Part shown: piece by piece, positions 1-9,306 of the stretch
Numbering within the stretch: position 1 is the stretch's first letter
Layout: every line of letters starts with the position of its first letter
Assembly: GCA_038322815.1 (NCBI GenBank)
Contig: JBBQGG010000004.1
Location: 1,953-65,952, forward strand
Direction: 5' to 3'
Length of the DNA: 64,000 nucleotides
Origin: Candidatus Kapaibacterium sp.
GTDB lineage: Bacteria; Bacteroidota; Ignavibacteria; Palsa-1295
Made by a program: the position numbers and the translations under genes
The notes under the pieces: model-generated
Told to the model about the DNA's origin: nothing
Database searches by the model: none
Seen by the model: only the letters and a program-made list of their open reading frames with translations

Positions 1-241
1 TTATGTATAATGCCAAGTCAACTCTGAAAGCATAATGCGACTTGTATCTGAAATCCAGATTTAGAGAAAGCAATCGTCCGTTACCACCCAGCTCTGCGAA
101 AAAAGCATTGTTTTGCACACTAACTTCATTTTTACTTTGGACTGAATCGACCTTAGAAATAGAATCCCTTCGAGAAAATTGTGCGAAGGAATCTGACACT
201 AATCCGAAAATAAGGATCACACAGATATAATGATATTTCAT
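1..241 (-). CDS. hypothetical secreted protein, N-terminal part only (gene runs off the left window edge)
   Basis: Reverse-strand ATG at 239-241, frame open to base 1 by hand translation (MKYHYICVILIFGLVSDSFAQFSRRDS...AFFAELGGNGRLLSLNLDFRY...). The N-terminus looks like a signal peptide. Missing from the ORF track because no stop lies inside the window. Confidence 0.4.
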   Translation of the reverse strand, partial: MKYHYICVILIFGLVSDSFAQFSRRDSISKVDSVQSKNEVSVQNNAFFAELGGNGRLLSLNLDFRYKSHYAFRVDLALYI

Positions 242-260
242 CATTAATTATCTTAACGAG

Positions 261-836
261 ATGATACTTCGAAACAGTTCGTATTTTTGTAGTTTAATAC
301 TCAATCAATTTTTGTCAAACGAATCAGCTCGCCCTAATATTACGATCTTCACTGATGGTGCCTGCTCCGGGAATCCCGGTCCCGGCGGCTACGGAGTAAT
401 CCTGCGCGATGAGCAGGGCAACGAGCGCGAGCTATCGGATGGTTTTCGGAAGACGACCAATAATCGCATGGAGCTGCGCGGAGTGATCGAAGGCTTGGAA
501 GCATTGAAAATGCAATGCGATGTAACAATCTATTGCGATTCGCAATATGTAGTTAAAGCGATCGAGGATCGCTGGCTTGCCAATTGGATCAAGCGCGGCT
601 GGAAAAAATCAGATAAATCTCCGGTGATGAATGTTGACTTGTGGAAGCGATTATTGCCAATGCTCGAAAAACATAAAGTAAAATTCATCTGGACAAAAGG
701 GCATGCCGGACATCCGGAAAATGAACGCTGCGATGTGCTTGCAGTGGCAGCTTCGAGGGGCTCGGGTCTGAAGGAGGATGCTCAGGAGTTAGGAGTTAGG
801 AATTCAAAATGGCAAAACAAGGGTATCGGGATCTGA
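261..836 (+). CDS. rnhA: ribonuclease HI
   Basis: ITIFTDGACSGNPGPGGYG, NNRMEL, CDSQYV and KGHAGHPENERCD give the RNase HI catalytic pattern. The true start may be TTG at 312. The last ~15 codons read through the repeat that flanks the downstream cassette. Confidence 0.85.
   Translation: MILRNSSYFCSLILNQFLSNESARPNITIFTDGACSGNPGPGGYGVILRDEQGNERELSDGFRKTTNNRMELRGVIEGLEALKMQCDVTIYCDSQYVVKAIEDRWLANWIKRGWKKSDKSPVMNVDLWKRLLPMLEKHKVKFIWTKGHAGHPENERCDVLAVAASRGSGLKEDAQELGVRNSKWQNKGIGI
785..805. repeat. GGAGTTAGGAGTTAGGAATTC, left flank of the four-helix-bundle cassette
   Basis: Tandem AGTTAGG units. Imperfect inverted match to GATTCCTCCTAACTAC at 1164-1180. Confidence 0.5.
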
Positions 837-1165
837 GAGCCTGGCAACTCGGAATGGAAATTGCAGAGGAAGTTATTCTGCTAACAGATAATTTTCCTAA
901 GCGCTTCCAATTTTCATTAGTAAATCAAATTGAACGAGCATCTGTTTCTATTCCTTCAAACATCGCAGAAGGATATAGTCGGAGAACGGCTAAAGACCAA
1001 GTACATTTTTATTATATAGCGCTTGGCTCTCTTTCCGAATTAGAAACCCAACTTGTCCTTTCGACAAGATGTAAATATATTGAGAGAAACATTATGGAGC
1101 AACTTTGGAATAAACTTATAGAACTCAGAAAAATCATTCATGGACTAATACGCTCTACATCCTGA
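809..1165 (+). CDS. four-helix-bundle protein (23S rRNA intervening-sequence protein family)
   Basis: YRDLRAWQ, IPSNIAEGYSR and LGSLSELETQL are the family signature. 118 aa. Confidence 0.85.
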   Translation: MAKQGYRDLRAWQLGMEIAEEVILLTDNFPKRFQFSLVNQIERASVSIPSNIAEGYSRRTAKDQVHFYYIALGSLSELETQLVLSTRCKYIERNIMEQLWNKLIELRKIIHGLIRSTS

Positions 1166-1196
1166 TTCCTCCTAACTACTTTCTACTCACTACTAA
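1163..1196. repeat. TGATTCCTCCTAACTACTTTCTACTCACTACTAA, right flank of the four-helix-bundle cassette
   Basis: Low-complexity CTAAC/CTACT units. Inverted relative to 785-805. Confidence 0.45.
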
Positions 1197-3776
1197 ATGA
1201 TCATCCGATTCATCATAGGACTCATCTTCACTGCACTCCTGCTGATCGGCGGCTTGCTGCTTTTCGGCAAACATGTCGAAGACCGCTCTTTGCCAAAATA
1301 CGAAGGTGAAATAAAGATCGAAGGATTAAAAAATCCTATCGAAATTTATCGCGATAGTTTTGCGATCGCTCATATCTCAGCAGTCAATGATGAAGATGCG
1401 TATTATGCGCTCGGATATGTTCATGCCCAAGAGCGTATGTTCCAAATGGATTTTACTCGACGCATCGGCAGAGGTTTATTATCAGAAGTTCTCGGAGAAA
1501 AAAGCCTGATCATTGATAAATGGGCGCGCATTCTTGGCTTTTCGCGCATCGCACAATATATGTGGGATAAGGCATCTAACGATACAAAAAAATATCTATC
1601 TTCTTATTCAAACGGCGTAAATGCTTTTATTTCTACTCATAAGGGAAAATTTGGTATCGAGTTCGATGCACTTTCCTATGAACCTGAACTATGGAAACCT
1701 ACCGATTGCATGATCATCGGCAGACTGCTCTCATGGGAAATGAATTTTTCCTATTGGACTGATGCAGCATTTAGTGATATTGCATTGGCAATTGACTCAG
1801 CACACCTGGCTTCGCTTTATCCAGGGTATCCGACAACATCGCCTACAGTGATCGAAGGATATAGTGCGGTCGGAAATCGTTCTTCGTCATTCGTCAATAG
1901 TCCGCATGATAGTTTGAAAACATCGACTGACGAACGACGAAAGACGAATGACAAAACACTGAAAGAATTCTACGCAGGCGGCGGTGCGCTGCATTCTGCT
2001 CTTCAAAATGTACTTGGTCTTGGGGGTATCGGTGGTGGGTCGAATTCAGTTGCAATATCCGGCAAGCGCACTGCTTCAGGCGGAGCAATACTTGAAAATG
2101 ACATGCACCTTGCAATAGGCGCACCTGCCAGATGGTATCTTGTTCACCTTCAATCCAAAGCAGGTCTGAATGTTGCAGGTTTTACCGTGCCCGGAATACC
2201 ACTTGTCTTGAGTGGAAGAAATCAGACACTAAGTTGGGGTTTGACCAATGGAATGATCGATGAATGTGATTATTTTATTTTAAAACCTGATTCAAGCAAA
2301 GAAAATTATTATACTCCGAACGGATTAAAACCAATCACCACAATTATTTCACCAATTCCTGTCCGCACATTTGATGGGTCAGGAAAGCGATACGAAAAAA
2401 TAGAAATTAAGTTAACGGACAATGGACCTATCGTCAGCGATCTTAATACATTTAAACTTGCAAGAACCTTTGTTTCGGATAAACAGACGCAACATTTACT
2501 TTCACAAAATGAAACCGTCCTTGGCAATCATCCTCTTATCGCAATCGAATGGAATGGAAATTTTGCAACGACAGATGAACTTGGATGTTTTTTCGCTCTT
2601 CATCATGCAAAAAACATTGCAGAAGCTCGAAATTCATTAGCTGATTTTTCTACTCCATGTTTAAATCTCACGCTTGCCGAATCGAAAACAGGTCAAGTGG
2701 CCTACCAACTTATCGGACGTATACCTATTCGTTATGGTTCCGAAGAGCGAGCAATGCTGCCGCGCTACGCTGAAAGCTCTAATGATGCATGGCAAGGATT
2801 CATCACTACATTAAATCTTCCACATGCAAGTGATCCTTTATCAGGTTATTTTGTAAGTGCGAATAACCCATCGACAGCCTATCGCACGATTCCCCATTCA
2901 GAGAATTGGGAGCCGTCCGGCCGTGCTGAAAGATTGACACAACTTTTAGAGGGCATAAAAAAAATTGATCTTCCGAAAATGAGACAGGTTATGACCGATA
3001 CGGTAAGTCCGTTCGAAAAAAGTCTTGCTTCGCACCTTATTCGCATCTATCGAAGTGCGAATCCTGATACAACTCACAAAAATAATGTGCTTTTTAATGC
3101 TGCCCTTGATTATATAGAAAACTGGGATGGTGTTCAGGGAAGAGAAGATATAAGTACTACAATAATAAATGCTTTTCTTCTGCGTTTGATCACCGATGCT
3201 CTTTCCGATGAACTTGGAACTGATCGTCTCGCAGAATTTGCTTATCTCAACAATATACCTGTTCGAACTATTGGACATTTACTTACTGATCCTGAAAATA
3301 TTTGGTGGGATGATATTCGCTCACCTCAAATTGAGAAGCGCGATGATATTATTAAACAAGCGTTCACTGAGGCGCTTGAATATTTATCGCATAAGCTTGG
3401 CAATGATATCCGAAGGTGGAATTGGGGTAAACTCCATTGGTTGACATACAAACATCCCTTCGCTGATGAATCAAAAGAAATTGCAGCACTCGGAAATATT
3501 GATATTGGTTATGCGCCCGGCGGATTTACGACCGTTATTCAATCGAGTTATGGATTCTGGAATCCATTCGTCATGAGAGTTGGTCCTTCAATGCGTTCAG
3601 TTGCCGATATGAAAACAGATATACTTTGGGCTGCATTGCCTACGGGAAACTCCGGCAATATGTTCAATCCGCATTATCGGGACATGACTGCTCTTTTTCA
3701 TCGCGGGGAGTTAATTGAAGTACCACTTATTCGGAAGGATCCTTCGTGGAAGAAATTAACACTAACACCCAAATGA
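1197..3776 (+). CDS. penicillin amidase / acyl-homoserine-lactone acylase family Ntn hydrolase (peptidase S45)
   Basis: 859 aa with an N-terminal membrane anchor. [17 protein letters not shown] and [10 protein letters not shown] (Ser nucleophile position) are typical of the family. Confidence 0.8.
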   Translation: MIIRFIIGLIFTALLLIGGLLLFGKHVEDRSLPKYEGEIKIEGLKNPIEIYRDSFAIAHISAVNDEDAYYALGYVHAQERMFQMDFTRRIGRGLLSEVLGEKSLIIDKWARILGFSRIAQYMWDKASNDTKKYLSSYSNGVNAFISTHKGKFGIEFDALSYEPELWKPTDCMIIGRLLSWEMNFSYWTDAAFSDIALAIDSAHLASLYPGYPTTSPTVIEGYSAVGNRSSSFVNSPHDSLKTSTDERRKTNDKTLKEFYAGGGALHSALQNVLGLGGIGGGSNSVAISGKRTASGGAILENDMHLAIGAPARWYLVHLQSKAGLNVAGFTVPGIPLVLSGRNQTLSWGLTNGMIDECDYFILKPDSSKENYYTPNGLKPITTIISPIPVRTFDGSGKRYEKIEIKLTDNGPIVSDLNTFKLARTFVSDKQTQHLLSQNETVLGNHPLIAIEWNGNFATTDELGCFFALHHAKNIAEARNSLADFSTPCLNLTLAESKTGQVAYQLIGRIPIRYGSEERAMLPRYAESSNDAWQGFITTLNLPHASDPLSGYFVSANNPSTAYRTIPHSENWEPSGRAERLTQLLEGIKKIDLPKMRQVMTDTVSPFEKSLASHLIRIYRSANPDTTHKNNVLFNAALDYIENWDGVQGREDISTTIINAFLLRLITDALSDELGTDRLAEFAYLNNIPVRTIGHLLTDPENIWWDDIRSPQIEKRDDIIKQAFTEALEYLSHKLGNDIRRWNWGKLHWLTYKHPFADESKEIAALGNIDIGYAPGGFTTVIQSSYGFWNPFVMRVGPSMRSVADMKTDILWAALPTGNSGNMFNPHYRDMTALFHRGELIEVPLIRKDPSWKKLTLTPK

Positions 3777-4447
3777 GAATCGACATCATTTCTGCCGTGC
3801 CGCCATTGCTGGAAAGTCCTTTGAATGAGAGCTTGATCAAACGCGCGCGTGATAAAGGGATCGTCGAGATCGTTATTCACAATCTTCGCGATTATGGTTT
3901 AGGAAAATATCATCAGATCGATGATGATCCTTTCGGCGGAGGCGCGGGAATGGTATTGCGCGTTGAACCAATATTCGAGCTTATCCGCAAATTACAATCG
4001 GAAAGAACGTATGATGAAATAATTTTTCTTACTCCGGACGGCAAAACTTTCATGCAAGGTGATGCGAATGAACTTTCACTAAAAAATAATCTTCTTCTGC
4101 TTTGTGGAAGATATAAAGGAATTGATGAAAGAATCAGACAAACATTTATTACAAAAGAAATTTCAATTGGTGATTATGTTCTCACCGGCGGAGAACTTCC
4201 TGCTTTAGTAGTGATAGATGCTATTGTACGCCTGCTTCCCGGCACTATACACGATAGCGAAAGCGCAATGCTGGATTCTTTCCAGACTGGTCTGCTCGAT
4301 GCGCCGCTCTATACGCGTCCAGCAGAATTTGAAGGAATGAAAGTACCGGAAATTTTACAATCGGGCGATCATGAAAAAATCCGAACGTGGCGGAATGAAG
4401 AAGCTACGAAACGAACGCAGGAGCGGCGACCTGATCTTTTAGAATAG
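3773..4447 (+). CDS. trmD: tRNA (guanine37-N1)-methyltransferase
   Basis: [45 protein letters not shown]. The ATG at 3773 overlaps the acylase TGA (ATGA). The track ORF starts 27 nt earlier. Confidence 0.9.
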   Translation: MRIDIISAVPPLLESPLNESLIKRARDKGIVEIVIHNLRDYGLGKYHQIDDDPFGGGAGMVLRVEPIFELIRKLQSERTYDEIIFLTPDGKTFMQGDANELSLKNNLLLLCGRYKGIDERIRQTFITKEISIGDYVLTGGELPALVVIDAIVRLLPGTIHDSESAMLDSFQTGLLDAPLYTRPAEFEGMKVPEILQSGDHEKIRTWRNEEATKRTQERRPDLLE

Positions 4448-5123
4448 ATGAAAGTTCTACTCCAAATACTTTTGTGAATGCATCCAAATAGTATTTCTTC
4501 ACTTCTCTCATCTCTATTTTCTTTCCTAAAATTTTAGAAAGGCTTGTCACTTTTTTATCTGCAATTCCGCAAGGAATAATTCTTTCGAAATACGAAAGAT
4601 CCGTATTGATATTAAACGCGAAACCATGCATTGTAGACCAACGCGAGACTTTAATACCGATGGCACATATTTTTTCTTCATTTCCTGCTTCGCCAACCCA
4701 CACGCCGGTTTTCCCAGGAATACGAAAACCTTTTACTCCATAATTTTCTAATGTTAGAATTATCGCCTCTTCAAGTGCACGAAGATACCAGCCAAGATCT
4801 TCTTTGAAATGTGAAAGAATCAGTAGCGGATAACCGACAAGTTGGCCGGGACCATGGAAAGTGACATCTCCGCCACGCTCGATCTCGAATTTTTCTGCAC
4901 CTATCTTTATTAATTCTTCATTGCTGAAAAGAATGTTTGCTGCTTCTGTGACTCTTCCAAGAGTATAGACCGGCGGATGTTCACAGAGGATCAGCGTATC
5001 TTCGGTTTCGTTTTGCAGTAAACCATTAAAAATTGATCGCTGCAAATCCCATACTTCGGAGTACGGAGTTATAGGCAGCGAAAGTAGTCTCACTTTTTTT
5101 GAATATAATGCTTTATTTCCCAA
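4404..5123 (-). CDS. lipB: lipoyl(octanoyl) transferase
   Basis: [54 protein letters not shown]. Its 3' end overlaps the trmD 3' end by 44 nt (convergent). Confidence 0.88.
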   Translation of the reverse strand: MGNKALYSKKVRLLSLPITPYSEVWDLQRSIFNGLLQNETEDTLILCEHPPVYTLGRVTEAANILFSNEELIKIGAEKFEIERGGDVTFHGPGQLVGYPLLILSHFKEDLGWYLRALEEAIILTLENYGVKGFRIPGKTGVWVGEAGNEEKICAIGIKVSRWSTMHGFAFNINTDLSYFERIIPCGIADKKVTSLSKILGKKIEMREVKKYYLDAFTKVFGVELSSILKDQVAAPAFVS

Positions 5124-5162
5124 GAGATTTAAAACAAAAAAAATAGTGAGGAAGTTGAATTG

Positions 5163-6797
5163 TTATTCCACCACAACCATCCGTGATTCCTTCCAAGTAT
5201 TTGTTGATAGACGGCAAAAATAAATGCCCCTTGGAAGATCATTAACGAGTAATGTAAAAATGGATTTTCCGGTTTCTTCTAAGGAAAAAACATCTTTTTT
5301 TATAGTTACGCCTAAGATGTCGATCACTTCAACAGTAATTACAGGATCTTTTAAATTGTTTGCATACTCTATCGCAATCGTTGACTTTGCAGGATTCGGA
5401 TAGACTGAGATATGTGAATGGACCGGAGAAAATGTACTGATCGAAGCCTGTGTGGCAAGTTTGACGATAAAGGCATCCTTCAGATGATTGCTGATCAACG
5501 AGAATGAACCAAAAAATGAAGTGTCGCTGAATGCACCCCCGAGAAAAACATTTCCGGTGCCATCAAGAGCAAGTGAAGTACCATAATCATCACCTGTACT
5601 GCCGGCATGATCAGTCCACTGTGCAACACCATCTGAGTTAAACTTTACAATGAATGCATCTATCAATCCTGAGTTCAGTATTTTTCCTGATCCAAAATTT
5701 ATTGTAAAGTCATATCCTCCTGTAACATAAATATAGCCACTGCTATCGACAGCTATTGCATCACCACTCTCTTCACCGCCATTTCCGGCACATTTCATCC
5801 ATTGTTTGACTCCCGTTTTACTATATTTGGCAATATAAATATTTCCAATTCCATCGCAGCCGGGAACGACACCGGGAGTATTAAAATAAAATCGCCCTGT
5901 TACATAAATATTCCCGGTATTATCCGTCACTATTGCAGGTTTATCACCATACGCTGTATCCCCTGCCTGCTGAACCCACTGAAGATCACCTTCGGAATTA
6001 TATTTTGCTATAAAAATATCTGTTCTTCCTTTTGCAATAAGTTTTTTTCCTCCAAAATTCGCTGTATCGCTAAAAGCACCCGTAAGAACAACATCACCGG
6101 TGTTACTGCATGTGACACCGAATCCTGCATCATCTTTTGCCGACCCGAAATTTTTTGCCCATAACACCGAGCCGGATGGATCATAAGAAATCAAAAAGAT
6201 ATCATCACCGCCTACAGTTTTGACCTCTTTGCTGCCGAAATGTGCTGTGCCAGAAAAACTTCCGGTAATGTAAATGTTACCTGATATTTTGTCAACTGAA
6301 ACAGAACGTGATAAGTTAGAGCCGGTTCCACCTCCACTCACTGCCCATTGAATGCCGCCGTTAAGATCATATTTTGTAAGAAAGACATCTTGATTGCCTA
6401 TGGAGGTAAGAACCGTTTTCTCAAGGAGGAGGGTATCAAAAAAATATCCTTTAATATAAAGATAGTCATCTTTACCAATAATTATACCTGTTCCCTGTGA
6501 TTGACCGGCTGCAATCCCGGTAGTTTTTATCCACAAAAGTATTCCGTCTTTTGAATATTTCGCAAGAAAGAAGTGGTTGCCATTTCTTGATCCAACAGAA
6601 ACATCGGAGAATACGGCGGAATCATTATAATATCCGGTTACAAATAGATTGCCTGCACTATCAGCAGCGATCGAGGAGGTCTGATCGGCACCTCTTCCGC
6701 CGCCGCTATGCGCCCAAAACCAATGTTGTGGTTGTGCCCACAGAGAATTCTCCGTGAGCATTCCTAAAAAAATAAGTATGCCGAAACAGTACTTCAT
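5163..6797 (-). CDS. SBBP beta-propeller repeat protein with T9SS C-terminal sorting domain
   Basis: Signal peptide. About 9 repeats of the type GN(I/L)Y(V/I)TG.F....FG. The C-terminus (VYPNPAKSTIAIEY...GIYFCRLSTN) is T9SS type A-like. Confidence 0.75.
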   Translation of the reverse strand: MKYCFGILIFLGMLTENSLWAQPQHWFWAHSGGGRGADQTSSIAADSAGNLFVTGYYNDSAVFSDVSVGSRNGNHFFLAKYSKDGILLWIKTTGIAAGQSQGTGIIIGKDDYLYIKGYFFDTLLLEKTVLTSIGNQDVFLTKYDLNGGIQWAVSGGGTGSNLSRSVSVDKISGNIYITGSFSGTAHFGSKEVKTVGGDDIFLISYDPSGSVLWAKNFGSAKDDAGFGVTCSNTGDVVLTGAFSDTANFGGKKLIAKGRTDIFIAKYNSEGDLQWVQQAGDTAYGDKPAIVTDNTGNIYVTGRFYFNTPGVVPGCDGIGNIYIAKYSKTGVKQWMKCAGNGGEESGDAIAVDSSGYIYVTGGYDFTINFGSGKILNSGLIDAFIVKFNSDGVAQWTDHAGSTGDDYGTSLALDGTGNVFLGGAFSDTSFFGSFSLISNHLKDAFIVKLATQASISTFSPVHSHISVYPNPAKSTIAIEYANNLKDPVITVEVIDILGVTIKKDVFSLEETGKSIFTLLVNDLPRGIYFCRLSTNTWKESRMVVVE

Positions 6798-6803
6798 CAG
6801 ATT

Positions 6804-9197
6804 CTATTTCGTTACCGTCATCCAATGGCTTACTTCATCATTGCCGGATTGGAGAACGATCATATATTTTCCGTTGGAGACCATCTTCGATGCATCAAAA
6901 GATACCGTGTGCTTTCCTGCTTCGAGAGAACTGTTCAGAACAACTTGTATCAACCTGCCCATTACATCATAAACGGATATTTTTATAAGACCGGAATGCG
7001 GCACATCAAAACTGATCTGCGTTGATGTTGTAAATGGGTTCGGATAATTTATCGGTTCGCTAATAGTGGGAGATAGAGGGTTTCTGGGTACAGCGTTCCA
7101 GAAGGTAGCAAGATCTGATGTACCAATAAATACACTCGCTCCCCGCGAGTTTGCATAATACAATCCGCTATTCTTATCTTGTATGATCTGTGAACAATTC
7201 AATGGTCTCGTGGCATAATAATCATCGCCGTCAAATCCTGAGCTGACATTTTCCCATTCAGTAAAGTCTTTATTCTTCGACCGATAGATTCCGCTATCCA
7301 CAGTACAGATCAGAATTTTTCCTGACCTATCAAGGAGCAGTGGCATAACGGCTAGAGAAAAGTAATTTATTGAATCAACAAAATTTTGATCAAGAGTCGG
7401 AAAAACTCTCGTCCAATCCTTACCACCGTTTATTGACCGGTACAGCCCACCTGAAAGTACACCGCTATCACCCGATTGACCTACTTTACCCGGCGCGCCG
7501 CTCTGAAGGCGAAAAACAGATCCATCAGGATGACCGATGAATTGTATTATTCCGTTTCCTTCAGTATTAATAACATCCCAGTTTATACCGCTATTGATCG
7601 AACGATAAATATTGTTGGTGTTGCCGGAAACATAGATCGTATCATCTACTTTAGGGTTTGTACCGGCAGAAAATCCAAAGGCATCAACTTCAAGGTACGT
7701 AGGGATGCCATAGTTCGGTGATGTATTCACCCTTGTCCACGTTGTACCGTGATCTTTTGAACGTGCAAACCATGGCTCAGATCCCTCTCCATTAGGATCG
7801 TGTTGAATAGATGCCCAGAGCTCATCCATCGGACTAACAGACATGTACGTTACCTGATTTGTGGGATGCTGCGCAGTATTCTTCTTTACAACATTCTCAA
7901 ACGTATCACGATTCGGCGGCCAACGGAACAAGCCATCAAATGTATTATAATAAAAATAATCTTCCTTATCACAGACTATAAGAGGAAATTGTGCTTCATC
8001 AAGTTCAGCCGGGGAACGCCAATAATTTCCCTGATCGACGGTATAGTATAAATTAAATTGCGACATCGTTAGAACATCGCCCTTCGAATCAATAGCAATT
8101 CCTCCATCAAGATGCTGCACTAACATAGTCGAATCATTAATAAATGTTAAGCCGCTGTCAACGGAAGTATATACTCCATCAGGAATTGCGCATTGAAAAA
8201 GCCTTTCCGAACTATCTGCCACAAGAGTGAAAGTTTCCTCACCGGTTTTATTAGGATTTCGGAGATTCCACGTCGCACCGTTATCTGTTGAACGATAGGT
8301 GGGTCCGTGCGCATTAATATAAAGATCTTTACCATTTACCGAATGAATTAAAGCATCAACACTTTTATTATGTGCGATCGGAAGCCAGAACACCGGTTTC
8401 CATGTTTGCCCCATATCCGTAGAGCGGGAGGCGCGAATACTGTCAGTATTATTAACTCTGTAACCTACGACGATTGATCCGTCATCGGCGATAACAATAG
8501 TAGAGATATATAACGGGTTGGTCGGAACACCGGCCATTCTGCTCCAGGTCGTACCATCATCTGTGGAACGAGATAAATGCACGGTCCACTTCGCCGGCTC
8601 CGGTTGTCTAAATGTATTACCCTCTGAAATTGCATACAGGTCTCCTGTGCGCCGGTCAACGGTCATACAGACAACAAAACTATCTGGAGTAGGAGCTTTC
8701 AGATTCGCCGGTTGATCAAAATGCAATCCATTATCTCGTGAGCGAAGAATCCCAAAACTTGCTGTTGCAAGATATAAATAGCCTTTGAGATTAGTAAGCA
8801 TTTGCGTAATATCAAGAGTCGAGCTTCCGCCGATGATCGAATCGAGATATTCCCATTGGTTATCGGAGCTTTGCGTATTAAATACACGCCGCATTAATTC
8901 TTTCTTATGTGAGAGACCAAATACATACGCTCCGCCTGCTATCGAACTGGACTCCAGCCATTTCATAGGTAATTGACGGATCCCTTTATTATATCCGTGC
9001 CATGAAGCACCGTGATCTGTGCTTCGAAGAACTCCGTCACCTCCGGTACATACGTACACATTTTGGCTTGAGTCGATAGTCAGGCTGTTCGTCGAGCCGT
9101 TTCGCGGTCCTCCGTTTGCATGTTTCCACAATACCTGGCTTGAAACAGTGCCAGATGCGAAAACGACAAATATACCAATGATGACAATTTTTTTCAT
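6804..9197 (-). CDS. BNR/Asp-box repeat beta-propeller protein with T9SS C-terminal sorting domain
   Basis: Eight S.D.G.(T/S)W boxes (STDHGASW, STDDGTTW, STDMGQTW, STDNGATW, SKDHGTTW and others). Likely start MKKIVIIGIF at 9197. C-terminus NYPNPFTTSTQISFDV... Confidence 0.75.
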   Translation of the reverse strand: MKKIVIIGIFVVFASGTVSSQVLWKHANGGPRNGSTNSLTIDSSQNVYVCTGGDGVLRSTDHGASWHGYNKGIRQLPMKWLESSSIAGGAYVFGLSHKKELMRRVFNTQSSDNQWEYLDSIIGGSSTLDITQMLTNLKGYLYLATASFGILRSRDNGLHFDQPANLKAPTPDSFVVCMTVDRRTGDLYAISEGNTFRQPEPAKWTVHLSRSTDDGTTWSRMAGVPTNPLYISTIVIADDGSIVVGYRVNNTDSIRASRSTDMGQTWKPVFWLPIAHNKSVDALIHSVNGKDLYINAHGPTYRSTDNGATWNLRNPNKTGEETFTLVADSSERLFQCAIPDGVYTSVDSGLTFINDSTMLVQHLDGGIAIDSKGDVLTMSQFNLYYTVDQGNYWRSPAELDEAQFPLIVCDKEDYFYYNTFDGLFRWPPNRDTFENVVKKNTAQHPTNQVTYMSVSPMDELWASIQHDPNGEGSEPWFARSKDHGTTWTRVNTSPNYGIPTYLEVDAFGFSAGTNPKVDDTIYVSGNTNNIYRSINSGINWDVINTEGNGIIQFIGHPDGSVFRLQSGAPGKVGQSGDSGVLSGGLYRSINGGKDWTRVFPTLDQNFVDSINYFSLAVMPLLLDRSGKILICTVDSGIYRSKNKDFTEWENVSSGFDGDDYYATRPLNCSQIIQDKNSGLYYANSRGASVFIGTSDLATFWNAVPRNPLSPTISEPINYPNPFTTSTQISFDVPHSGLIKISVYDVMGRLIQVVLNSSLEAGKHTVSFDASKMVSNGKYMIVLQSGNDEVSHWMTVTK

Positions 9198-9240
9198 AAT
9201 AAATAGTCCGTTACCAAATGAACATTTCATAATGACGAAT

Positions 9241-9287
9241 GCATTGCATTTCTGAAAAACACCGTTTCAGAAATGCAATGCTTTTAC
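9241..9287. terminator. 17-bp perfect hairpin between two minus-strand genes
   Basis: GCATTGCATTTCTGAAA-aacaccg-TTTCAGAAATGCAATGC, then TTTTAC on the plus strand and an A-run on the other side. Lies 20 nt downstream of the stop of the 9307-13824 gene. Confidence 0.5.
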
Positions 9288-9306
9288 GTCTTCTGTCTAT
9301 AAGTAC

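Noticed and set aside
42-230. Plus-strand 62-aa ORF at the window start
   Set aside because: It lies entirely antisense to a better candidate, the minus-strand gene with a signal peptide starting at 241. It has no recognisable motif and a low-complexity composition.
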